A stretch of DNA of 64,000 nucleotides from a virus (lineage: Duplodnaviria > Heunggongvirae > Uroviricota > Caudoviricetes). Position numbers and translations under genes: made by a program. This document shows, one piece after another, positions 9,413 to 17,884 of the stretch. The stretch spans positions 1 to 64,000 of the IMG/VR virus record IMGVR_UViG_3300037423_001636; one strand, given 5' to 3'. The notes below the pieces were generated by a model. It did not search any database. It was not told the DNA's origin and saw only the letters and a program-made list of their open reading frames with translations. Every line of letters begins with the position of its first letter. Positions within the stretch are counted from its first letter, which is position 1.

Positions 9413-9940
9413 ATGAACCAGCATCACCACACGTTCCTTAGATTTGCTTCGTTTCTAGCGATCTTGTGGCTGCTCGCCCATGCCGCCCGGCTGGTTGGGG
9501 CGCAGATTCCACAACTCCAGTCAGACAGGCAGTCTCTTGAGCATTGGGAAGGCGTTCGCAGTCGGCCCTATCGAGACAAGAATGCGTGGTGCGTTGGTAT
9601 TGGACATTCGTTGACCGCTCACTTTGAACCTGTCAAATCACTCTACTCGACCGCGGAAATTGAAGCATTCTACTCATCAGACTATGCCGACACGCTGAGG
9701 ATTGCACGTAAAAGCGTGAAAGACTTTGACGGCTTGCCAACCGCCGCCCGCATGGTGATTGTGAATGTCATCTGGACTGTCGGTCCCACGGGATTCATGA
9801 AGTTACGTTCCTTTCGCGCCGCGCTCAGTCGTCGGGACTACTGGTTGGCTGCAAGTTACTTGCAAAAGACCAAGTGGCGAGCGGACGTAGGCGTAGACCG
9901 CTCGGAATGGGCAATACAGACACTACGGACTCAACAGTAG
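9413..9940 (+). CDS. GH24 (T4-like) lysozyme with N-terminal hydrophobic segment
   Basis: EGVRSRPYRD...VGIGH catalytic-region motif; KWRADVG..R C-terminal region. Confidence 0.8.
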   Translation: MNQHHHTFLRFASFLAILWLLAHAARLVGAQIPQLQSDRQSLEHWEGVRSRPYRDKNAWCVGIGHSLTAHFEPVKSLYSTAEIEAFYSSDYADTLRIARKSVKDFDGLPTAARMVIVNVIWTVGPTGFMKLRSFRAALSRRDYWLAASYLQKTKWRADVGVDRSEWAIQTLRTQQ

Positions 9941-10019
9941 ATTGTCTTGACTCTTTCGTTGAAATCTGAAAGAGTCCTGACCCCTTCATCGCACCCTTTT
10001 CTTCAAACCTATTCTATCT

Positions 10020-11195
10020 ATGGCGCTCGTTCCTAAGGAAACCTACTCAGCATGGTTCAGCCGCACAAGCTGGCCCTATAAACATTTCTCGTATCTCTTT
10101 GAAAACCCCTTGTGGAGCAAAAGTGTCCCCAAAGGCTTTTCGCTCTGCCCATATATTTGGTTGGCCATTTTTTCCCTCCTCATCTTCCGCCCTTTCGTTT
10201 TCCTCACTCTTGGCGTCGGCCGTGGAGTCAAGGCTCTGAGACTGGGCAGGCTGATGAGCTACAGTGATCGGTTCTTCGACTGGATGTTTCGAATGGAGGA
10301 CGGGTTGCCAGTTCTATCGACCATTCTCGGGCTATCCACATTTTCTATGTGTATCGGGGCTATGATTATATTTGTGAGTATGGCCGTAGCATGCTGGACC
10401 GCAGGAGTATTCGCCGCATTCACTCTCCCTTTCATTTTACTCGTGACGCTCCTATTCTGTCTCAACTACGCTAATAAACATGACCGGGACCGCTGCCCCG
10501 TAGAAATCTACGTGCGAGTAATCGCTCTCCTCTGTGTGATCTGCGCTTTTGTGTTTCAACCCGCGGGCGCACTGTACTCTTTCGTACATTTGCCATTAGC
10601 TGCTCTGGCCGGCATCGGTCATGCAATCGCGGCTGCAACAACCGCGATATGGCACGGAATCGTAGTCACGGCTCAATGGCTGGTAACCGGGGCATGGAAT
10701 CTGCGGTGGACATTGCTCTGGGCGGGCGTAGGCGTGGTAATCCTCGCGCTCTACGGATGGTTTGGCGGCCGGCTGGTGACGTTTGAGCCCAAGTATGATA
10801 ACACGAAAGCGTGGGCGGAGCGGCGGCGTCAATTCGCCGAATGGCTGCACATCAATGATGAGATCGACGGGGGCTGGAACAAACGAAACGAAAGCTGGTA
10901 TATGAGGTTTCTCGACCGACTTGGAGGCTGGGCAGACAAGTTCCTCACCAACTGGAATCCCCACGAGCCCATCCCCGACGAGATTCGCCTCAAGATTCAT
11001 GAGGCATGGCGCGCGGAACAGGAACGGCAGAGACTTTGGGACGAGCGCTGCCGCCGAATGACGAATTCGCTGGCCAAACTACTGGCTCCCTTGACTTGGG
11101 TCACGCATCAGATCAAGGTGTGCTGCTCGTATTTCTACGCCGTAGCGAAGGGTAGGAAAAAATCCATGTGTCCCTACGAACAATTTTACGACTAA
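10020..11195 (+). CDS. multi-pass membrane protein
   Basis: about 6-7 hydrophobic segments in 391 aa. Confidence 0.75.
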   Translation: MALVPKETYSAWFSRTSWPYKHFSYLFENPLWSKSVPKGFSLCPYIWLAIFSLLIFRPFVFLTLGVGRGVKALRLGRLMSYSDRFFDWMFRMEDGLPVLSTILGLSTFSMCIGAMIIFVSMAVACWTAGVFAAFTLPFILLVTLLFCLNYANKHDRDRCPVEIYVRVIALLCVICAFVFQPAGALYSFVHLPLAALAGIGHAIAAATTAIWHGIVVTAQWLVTGAWNLRWTLLWAGVGVVILALYGWFGGRLVTFEPKYDNTKAWAERRRQFAEWLHINDEIDGGWNKRNESWYMRFLDRLGGWADKFLTNWNPHEPIPDEIRLKIHEAWRAEQERQRLWDERCRRMTNSLAKLLAPLTWVTHQIKVCCSYFYAVAKGRKKSMCPYEQFYD

Positions 11196-11339
11196 ACCCT
11201 TTATTGAGGCATGTCTCAAGCGTCATGCTGCTACTCATTCTCATTCTCCTTATACTCATCGGCCTTCTCGCTAATTGGATTGACAAGCGGCGGCGTTAGG
11301 GCTTTACCCCCCGTAGACTTACACCCTCCACTCACATCC

Positions 11340-11717
11340 ATGAACCGCTTATCCTTTCTCAAGACAGCTATCACAACGACACTCATCGTCCCAGTCGCTC
11401 GTTTATTCAGCCAGACTAAGGTCGTTCCAAAGCCCGAAACCAACATCCTCACTCGGATCAATCAGGAATTGACTTTATGGAGGAGGGTTCATTTGGAATT
11501 GGTTGGAGGCACTCCAGCTTTTCCTGACGCCACGATACTTGCCATAGGCAGAAAGGAATTAGCCGAGGTTAAGGAGCTGGCAACGAAATCGATTCCCGTG
11601 CCACGACCAGACATACAAGACATTCCAGACGAGCTGCTTCCGCCGACACTTGAGCCCCATTTCTATGGACTCGTAATCGTGAAGCTTCCAGTAGACTCGT
11701 TTTTGCGGGTTTATTGA
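11340..11717 (+). CDS. hypothetical protein with degenerate Tat-like signal
   Basis: MNRLSFLKTA. Confidence 0.6.
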   Translation: MNRLSFLKTAITTTLIVPVARLFSQTKVVPKPETNILTRINQELTLWRRVHLELVGGTPAFPDATILAIGRKELAEVKELATKSIPVPRPDIQDIPDELLPPTLEPHFYGLVIVKLPVDSFLRVY

Positions 11718-12005
11718 TGTCTCAAGCCTCCCGAGAGCGCGAACGTCAGCGTAGACTAGCCGCCATCGCAGCTTCCAGCCGCCCGCGCAATCCCACTGGA
11801 CCAGAAATCCGGGGTGAACGTGGCCACATCAAACAGCCTCCTCTATCCAATGAGGAATGGATGATTCTACGCAATTGGCAAGCCGCTCAGATGAAGGAAT
11901 ATATGGATACGCCCGCCGCCGCAGCGAACCGCACGCACTTTCATCTTGACTTTGACGCCGGCACTCTGCTAGAGTCCATTCCTGCAATCACTCCACCCGA
12001 ACTTT

Positions 12006-12482
12006 ATGAAATCTAACCTCAATCCCGATTCCTCCTCCGAGTCCACCGCCGAGAATGATGACACTCCTGTCGGCTGCCGCGTCGGTGTAATCCTGTCGGC
12101 TGACGATACAACCGTCCAATTCCTTGGTTGGGGCACCTACGAAGGAGATTTCATACCGCCAGAACTCTCGAATCCAGACGTGATGCTGGAAAGAATGCGC
12201 GAAATGGCCCCTGCCTTGGAAGAGCAGATTGGGCTGGACAAGCTCCTGAAGGATTTCCAACTCTGGAACAAGAACCCGATCGTCGTCTCAATCTTCGGCA
12301 ACCCTCGGATCAAGCTGGATTCAGGGAAGACCGTCTGGGGCTACGAGTGCTACTGGGGTCCAGAATCCAAGATGAGAGACTACATCGGCGGCCGACAGAT
12401 TGTGGAGGTGGACATCGAGGAAGAGAGGGCGAAAGCCGCAGTCACCAACGCTCTGTCCGGCCAGAAAACCTCACGCAACTAA
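12006..12482 (+). CDS. hypothetical phage protein
   Basis: NPRIKLDSGKTVWGYECYWG motif. Confidence 0.7.
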   Translation: MKSNLNPDSSSESTAENDDTPVGCRVGVILSADDTTVQFLGWGTYEGDFIPPELSNPDVMLERMREMAPALEEQIGLDKLLKDFQLWNKNPIVVSIFGNPRIKLDSGKTVWGYECYWGPESKMRDYIGGRQIVEVDIEEERAKAAVTNALSGQKTSRN

Positions 12483-12494
12483 CACACATTTTCT

Positions 12495-12788
12495 ATGTCC
12501 CTAGCGAAACTCCTCGGGTTTAATCCCGCTGGCAACATCGATTTGCGCGATAATTCCAAGAAACGCAAGATTCTCACAGATGAAGAGCGCGAGCATTTTC
12601 GCGCGCTAGGAGAGTCTAAGAATGTCAGTCTCCAAGTCCTGTCCAATTACGTGCTGGGCAATGACGCAGCCGGCGTTACGCTCAAGCCTTTATCCCTCCT
12701 GTGCGGCGCACTAGCCGAGCTTCATCTGAACGCAGCTCTGGAGACGGATGCGAAGGAGAAGAAAGAGGACGACGCATCGCGGAACTGA
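12495..12788 (+). CDS. hypothetical protein
   Basis: 97 aa ORF. Confidence 0.6.
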   Translation: MSLAKLLGFNPAGNIDLRDNSKKRKILTDEEREHFRALGESKNVSLQVLSNYVLGNDAAGVTLKPLSLLCGALAELHLNAALETDAKEKKEDDASRN

Positions 12789-12805
12789 CAAGGGAAACCT
12801 GTTCT

Positions 12806-13102
12806 ATGAGCCAGCGAGAACACCCAAATCCACTACCCACCACTCCTCCGCGGGCTCTGCTTGTATCCATGGCTATGAGGATGCATCACGATTTCGGCGT
12901 CGATAAACATGAGGTGTTTCCGGGTCACTCGCAAGGATTCACTCAAGCGGAACGTGAAAGCGTTATAGCTGACATGGCCCGGCTGTATGAGGAGGTCTCT
13001 GGCCACGGGTTCTATCAATGGGGCGGGTCGCGCGACGCTATGTACGAGGCTTGGGGTCGCGGGGAACCTCCAACCGCACCCAATGAGCCTAAACCACAGT
13101 GA
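12806..13102 (+). CDS. hypothetical phage protein
   Basis: LYEEVSGHGFY motif. Confidence 0.65.
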   Translation: MSQREHPNPLPTTPPRALLVSMAMRMHHDFGVDKHEVFPGHSQGFTQAERESVIADMARLYEEVSGHGFYQWGGSRDAMYEAWGRGEPPTAPNEPKPQ

Positions 13103-13326
13103 AAGACCCAACTCGTATTCCAAAAATCTGTGCGATGCTCCAATCACTCTGGGTTGCGAATCCCAATCTCTCTTTCGGGCAGCTAATCGAATCAGTGGAG
13201 AGTCTTGCGTGGGATGGCCCATTCCCTAATCGCGACTTCTCCGCTCGCCTCATGAATCTGCCGGATGAATGGCTGGAACATGCGTTGAATCTAGCGGCAA
13301 AAGGGCCGATCAAACTCTCCAAATGA
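13099..13326 (+). CDS. DUF1040-like small protein
   Basis: KDPTRIPKI...W..NP.L.FGQLI. Confidence 0.55.
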   Translation: MKDPTRIPKICAMLQSLWVANPNLSFGQLIESVESLAWDGPFPNRDFSARLMNLPDEWLEHALNLAAKGPIKLSK

Positions 13327-13808
13327 CATTATACCACTTCTGCTCTCGGCATCACCTTGACGACATCCAACGAGAAGGTATCACCTTGGGCCGGCTGGTT
13401 TGGCGCTGGGAGCGGCCGAACCCCCCGGAATACGTAGGACCATTACAATGGCTGACCCGCAATCCAGATTTCAAGGCCCAAGGTTGGTGCTCGACTGCCG
13501 AACAAGGTTCTCGCCTCCCTTACTGTCGCAACGACTATCGGCTCACAATCGAGCTGCCTGAAGAGTTGCGGGAAAATGCCATCGATTGGCGCGTCTACTG
13601 TGATATGCATCACCCCCCGTTGGCTGAAACTCTCAATGCCGCGCCCGGCTGGATGGATTGGGTGATCTATGATGGAATGATCCCGATAGAGTGTGTGAAA
13701 AAGATTGACAGACACCCGGAATTCAACACGCTAGCGCAATCAAATCCGCAGGCTGCGTGGGCTCTCAAACGAAGTGCCATCGCGCGGCTGAAGACATTAA
13801 TATCATGA
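13323..13808 (+). CDS. possible ART/Tpt1-like fold protein
   Basis: LYHF.....I..EGI, WLT, W.IY.G.IP..C pattern. Confidence 0.45.
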   Translation: MTLYHFCSRHHLDDIQREGITLGRLVWRWERPNPPEYVGPLQWLTRNPDFKAQGWCSTAEQGSRLPYCRNDYRLTIELPEELRENAIDWRVYCDMHHPPLAETLNAAPGWMDWVIYDGMIPIECVKKIDRHPEFNTLAQSNPQAAWALKRSAIARLKTLIS

Positions 13809-14461
13809 ACACAATCACTCCCAATACCTCATTCGTTCCTACCGTCCGCCCCATCGGCGACCGTCCGCTTAGCCTCGCTGGCCACTTGCGCCGAACGGCT
13901 CACCTAATCAGTAGCGGTTCCACTACGTATGAATGGGAAAACGCCAACCGCTGCAATTGCGGCCTCTTGGCTCGCTCTATCACCGGACTAACGTCCAACG
14001 ATTTCGCTGCTCTGCTCATGCCACTTATCGACGATCGGAGAAATCGCGGATGGGCTCACCCGCATATGTGGAAGGGGCTCGCCGCGGATTTTTGCCCACT
14101 CAATCCGGGCGTGCCCGCTCCAGAACTGTTCAAGCAGCTCGCCGCGGCCGGCATGGAACCCGAGGACTTCAATCATCTCGAAGCGTTGAGCAATCCACAG
14201 ATCAAATGCCAAATCCAGCTGCGACATAAAACCGTGACATGGGACGAGAAAGTGAAAACGGGCTGGTTCCGCAGTCGCACGGAGCAGCGCAGTCGCACGG
14301 AGCCAGTTCCAATTAAGCAGAATGACTCGGCTTATGTCGCAGAATACATGACAATTTGGGCGCGGGAAATTGAGACGTATCGCGCCGCGCACGATGCGGC
14401 CAATACACCAAGCGACGCGCAAATGGAAGCGGTAGAAAACCGCCCGCTAGTCACCACCTGA
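13805..14461 (+). CDS. hypothetical protein, paralog of 5589-6137
   Basis: shared motifs listed for 5589. Confidence 0.75.
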   Translation: MNTITPNTSFVPTVRPIGDRPLSLAGHLRRTAHLISSGSTTYEWENANRCNCGLLARSITGLTSNDFAALLMPLIDDRRNRGWAHPHMWKGLAADFCPLNPGVPAPELFKQLAAAGMEPEDFNHLEALSNPQIKCQIQLRHKTVTWDEKVKTGWFRSRTEQRSRTEPVPIKQNDSAYVAEYMTIWAREIETYRAAHDAANTPSDAQMEAVENRPLVTT

Positions 14462-14462
14462 T

Positions 14463-14792
14463 ATGAGCACACATATAACAGCCGGCGATAAGGTCTGTTG
14501 TATCGACGACGGCTGGAATCGCCAAGCCAACCCGTTGGTTCATATGCTCCTGCAATCTGTTCAGCCCGCGCCGCCGACGAAGGATCAGGTTTATTGCGTG
14601 CGAGAGGTCTACACCAATCACGTCGGCACTCCATCTCTGCGACTGGTCGGCATCATATCTCCATCGGTGCCGGTTTTTGGAGAACTTGGCTGGCGCGCAG
14701 ACAATTTTCGGCGAATTTGGACGAATGATGCGGAGATTCGTGCTACCGTCGTAAAGTCTGTCCCGCAGACGATGGATCTGAAGGACGAATGA
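14463..14792 (+). CDS. hypothetical phage protein
   Basis: GDKVCCIDD...Y.VR...FRR. Confidence 0.65.
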   Translation: MSTHITAGDKVCCIDDGWNRQANPLVHMLLQSVQPAPPTKDQVYCVREVYTNHVGTPSLRLVGIISPSVPVFGELGWRADNFRRIWTNDAEIRATVVKSVPQTMDLKDE

Positions 14793-15018
14793 CGAAAACC
14801 GACCAGTTCGTTCGTACTCTACTGCTCAATGGGTTCCGTCCATATCGGCAAGGTAGAAAACGCGCGTTCGAGAAAAATGGGGACCGTATTCATACTAGCT
14901 TCACACTCCTCGGGGCTGGGTGGGTGCACGTCTACCAGCGGGAATATCCGTGTTCGGAAGGCTGGTCCATCTACAACTGCCGCGTTAGCAAAGCGCAAGA
15001 GCTGATTAGGTGGTGCTG

Positions 15019-15405
15019 ATGCTTATGGACACTCCTCCAGACTGGGCTTATCGTGCCGCAGAAGAGATTGTCTTCACCGGCACAGCAGACGATGACTATG
15101 CCGCTTCGATCATCGCTAGAGAGTGGCAGAAAGACACCCAAACAATCCGATGTGTTTTCTGCGGCATGGCATATCCACCCGGCACACCCGCTAGCCAACA
15201 CGAATCCCTCAATGCTCACATTCGCATCTGCGAAAAACATCCTTTGAGAGCGGCCGAAGCTCGAATCACGGCGCTGGAGAAAACGCTCAAGACTCTGCGC
15301 GACAACCCGTCTATGTGGAAGCGTGGCGGCGCTGGCGGCCAAGATCAGTATGCGGGCATGCCGCCGGGAATGCGGCTGATAGATGAGACTTTGAGGTCAA
15401 GCTAA
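15019..15405 (+). CDS. zinc-finger-like phage protein
   Basis: CVFCG...HI..CEKHP. Confidence 0.65.
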   Translation: MLMDTPPDWAYRAAEEIVFTGTADDDYAASIIAREWQKDTQTIRCVFCGMAYPPGTPASQHESLNAHIRICEKHPLRAAEARITALEKTLKTLRDNPSMWKRGGAGGQDQYAGMPPGMRLIDETLRSS

Positions 15406-15708
15406 CTTTATGAACAGTCCTGTCGCAATCTACATCGGCGGCTCTCACTGGCTCCGCAAGGGCGAGAAGGTCTTCATTCGATTCTTCAACGTAATCGGGC
15501 AAATTCCCCGCGGTTCACATCTCCCACCTTACGTCCCAGATACTACGGTCACGGCGGAAGCTCTGGCGGAAGCTGGGGTGCGCCTGCCGCCACTGGAAAG
15601 CCTGAAAGTAGGGGATTGCGTGTGAATGTTTGGGCTGTGGGCTGGTTTGCCCATAATGAGCAAATCACCCTATTGCCTCCAGCCTACTGATTCTGCTACG
15701 ATTCACCC

Positions 15709-16062
15709 ATGCAACGAGCACCAACACAAGCGCAAACCACCCCGCACGCTACTTCCAACGGCTATCGCATCCGTTTTCCAAAGGATAGTCAGTTGGCCAC
15801 AATTCGCGGCTGGAACGGCAAATCATACGCCATGTCGGTTTCGATCTACGAAATCATTTCCGATGAGACGAATTGGGGCTGCAAGATTCCCGGCTACAAT
15901 GTGGGCGACAAGGTGAGGATGATTTCCGGAGTGGAGGAAAGTGAGCGTCTCGGGCATCATCCGACAAGAATGTGGCGGACTGTTTGCCGAATTGGAGCGG
16001 AGCATGCTGAGCACGTGGGGTTTCCCGTGACGGCACTGCGTCTGGTGAATGGGGGTGCGTGA
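15709..16062 (+). CDS. hypothetical protein (leaderless)
   Basis: ATG 52 nt after box at 15657. Confidence 0.7.
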   Translation: MQRAPTQAQTTPHATSNGYRIRFPKDSQLATIRGWNGKSYAMSVSIYEIISDETNWGCKIPGYNVGDKVRMISGVEESERLGHHPTRMWRTVCRIGAEHAEHVGFPVTALRLVNGGA

Positions 16063-16589
16063 TGGCTGGCGGGGGCAATCAGACCACCTACGACGAGGGC
16101 ACGCGCCGAGACGCTGAAGAAGTGCGCCGATTTGCGGCCCACATGGGCGTCGAACTCCCCGAACGCTTTGACGGCGACATGCACCCGGCCGCGCAGTGTA
16201 TGAATGGGGCTCTGATGGATATCATTCAGCTGACGAATGCCCTTAGGAATATCGCGTTGACGCTGGGCGTAGATGACTACGAAAAGGCGCGAATGGTGGT
16301 TGAATCGGCTTTGGCCAGTCCATCAATCCTTCAACCTGCCGAAGCAGGCAATCTCTCCGTGAATACGCCCACAAATTCCTCTTCACTCGGCATCACTATC
16401 CCGGACAACGATCCCCGACCCCAGAAGCACGGCGGCCTGCGGCCAATCAAAGGATTGAAGCCCCGCTGCATAGACCCTTCCCATGAGCCACCCACACACA
16501 TAGTGATCCCGCCCGGCTATGAATACGAGCATGTGTGTCCGAGCTGTGGATTTACGATCGTTCTGTGGGGGCACGATGTCACCTTGTAA
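16062..16589 (+). CDS. hypothetical protein with C-terminal Zn ribbon
   Basis: C..P.HEPP.H...H.CPSCG. Confidence 0.6.
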   Translation: MAGGGNQTTYDEGTRRDAEEVRRFAAHMGVELPERFDGDMHPAAQCMNGALMDIIQLTNALRNIALTLGVDDYEKARMVVESALASPSILQPAEAGNLSVNTPTNSSSLGITIPDNDPRPQKHGGLRPIKGLKPRCIDPSHEPPTHIVIPPGYEYEHVCPSCGFTIVLWGHDVTL

Positions 16590-16611
16590 GGCTTGATTTC
16601 TGTTTTTTTAC

Positions 16612-16748
16612 GCTCTTGTATCACAAAACGGTCTAGGGGAATCTGTTCCGGCCGGATGGTCCTCCCTGAGCAGTCCACTGCTGCGTATAGTGGGGCGCGT
16701 GACCAGCGCAGTGATTTCGCAAGGTTCGAGCCCTCGCCAAGAGCACCA
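16612..16748 (+). ncRNA. tRNA-like RNA: acceptor, D and T arms and CCA; 77-nt D-loop insertion; no anticodon arm
   Basis: GCTCTTG/CAAGAGC-A-CCA; TA; TCAC/GTGA; GCAAGG-TTCGAGC-CCTCGC. Confidence 0.75.
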
Positions 16749-16767
16749 ATTTCTTTAACATTCTCTC

Positions 16768-16796
16768 TTGACTGGCGACACAATCTGTGCTCTATT
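16768..16796 (+). promoter_or_regulatory. sigma70-like promoter for ncRNA
   Basis: TTGACT-17 bp-TCTATT with TG extension. Confidence 0.55.
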
Positions 16797-16803
16797 CGCC
16801 TCC

Positions 16804-17112
16804 AACAGGTAGGCGCATGACCGTTCCGCCACTCAAACTAGATTCAGCTCTTTTACAGGAGTAAGTTTCAACTGTATTGCATAAGCGATACCGTTGGAGC
16901 GAAGCTCCAACAACAATTCCAGCCTTTGATCCGTGCGAAAAATCTGTGGTCGTAGCCCAGTACCGCACGGGGAGGCTTACGAATGGACGGCGGTAGCGAA
17001 TTGACCTTTCTATGGGCTAAACGACAGGTCAATAGGGAGCCGCACTGGAGAGTAGCACCATCCCAGTTTCTGACCACACATACGCCCGTGGCACGTCCAA
17101 TCACTTTTTTTT
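16804..17112 (+). ncRNA. large structured ncRNA with double pseudoknot
   Basis: many perfect helices; one loop pairs with two distal segments; ends in T8. Confidence 0.7.
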
Positions 17113-17133
17113 GCCGCCCTCGGGTGCGAAAGC

Positions 17134-17219
17134 GAGCGGTGGGGGAATACGAGCGTCGGGAGAACCGACGACGAGGCGCGACTGTGTGCCTGTTTCGAAC
17201 ACTCTCACCGCTCTTTTTT
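17134..17219 (+). ncRNA. multi-branched structured RNA or terminator-like element
   Basis: 12-bp stem GAGCGGTGGGGG/CTCTCACCGCTC enclosing two hairpins, then T6. Confidence 0.55.
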
Positions 17220-17252
17220 GACAAATCCATTTCCTCCAGTCATGGTTGACCT

Positions 17253-17350
17253 ACAGGCTCTTCAAGGACCGTTTGTGACTAAACGGTCTCTGGCAAGCTG
17301 GACCGGAGCCGTCCTCACACGAGGACCAGCCATGGCTGGGGGATTTCTTT
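17253..17350 (+). ncRNA. small structured RNA with its own promoter
   Basis: TTGACA(17218)-17-CATGGT; helices GGCTC/GAGCC, GACCGTTT/AAACGGTC, GTCCTC/GAGGAC. Confidence 0.55.
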
Positions 17351-17410
17351 GCGGTATAGGGAAAACTCCCCATTGACGAGCCTCTGCTAGTCTGGTAGAG
17401 TGTGCGTCTT

Positions 17411-17884
17411 ATGAATCCAGCCGCCTACATTCCGCTCACCCAATGCGTCAAGGGCAAAATCTATCGGCTTAATAGCCGCAATCTGGAGATCGGCGTGTAT
17501 GACGGCAAAGAGGGATTCATCGGAATCCGGGAGAAGTTCGGCCGTTTCTATCTCTTCACGGAATATCACCACGATCAGGGGCCGTCGGTTGGCACGGTCT
17601 ATCCACTGGAGGTTATTGGCGAATTGCCAGCGACAATTGCCGTCAACGATAGAGAGATCCACGCATGGGGTGACGGTTGGTTCTGGGATATGGAGCTAGA
17701 AATCTGGAAGCCCATAGCTCGCCGCGATCTGAAAGAGGGTGAGGCTCAGCATGGAACGCGACAGGGATTTGTGGACGAATTTGCCGGAACCAACACTCGG
17801 CTTGGCGACAATCAGTGGCCCTGTTTGCGCCGAAACGAGGCGCTATTCGACTACCTCAAAACGCTGGAGGCGCTTGGAGAATGA
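17411..17884 (+). CDS. hypothetical phage protein
   Basis: SRNL..GVY....GFIGIREKFG; boxed promoter. Confidence 0.75.
   Translation: MNPAAYIPLTQCVKGKIYRLNSRNLEIGVYDGKEGFIGIREKFGRFYLFTEYHHDQGPSVGTVYPLEVIGELPATIAVNDREIHAWGDGWFWDMELEIWKPIARRDLKEGEAQHGTRQGFVDEFAGTNTRLGDNQWPCLRRNEALFDYLKTLEALGE

Noticed and set aside
16612-17112. tmRNA (one- or two-piece)
   Set aside because: No G3-U70 alanine identity, a D-stem is present, and no tag ORF was recognised
16593-17249. ORFs 16593-16820, 16868-17230 and 16983-17249
   Set aside because: No protein-like features; the region is better explained by structured RNAs
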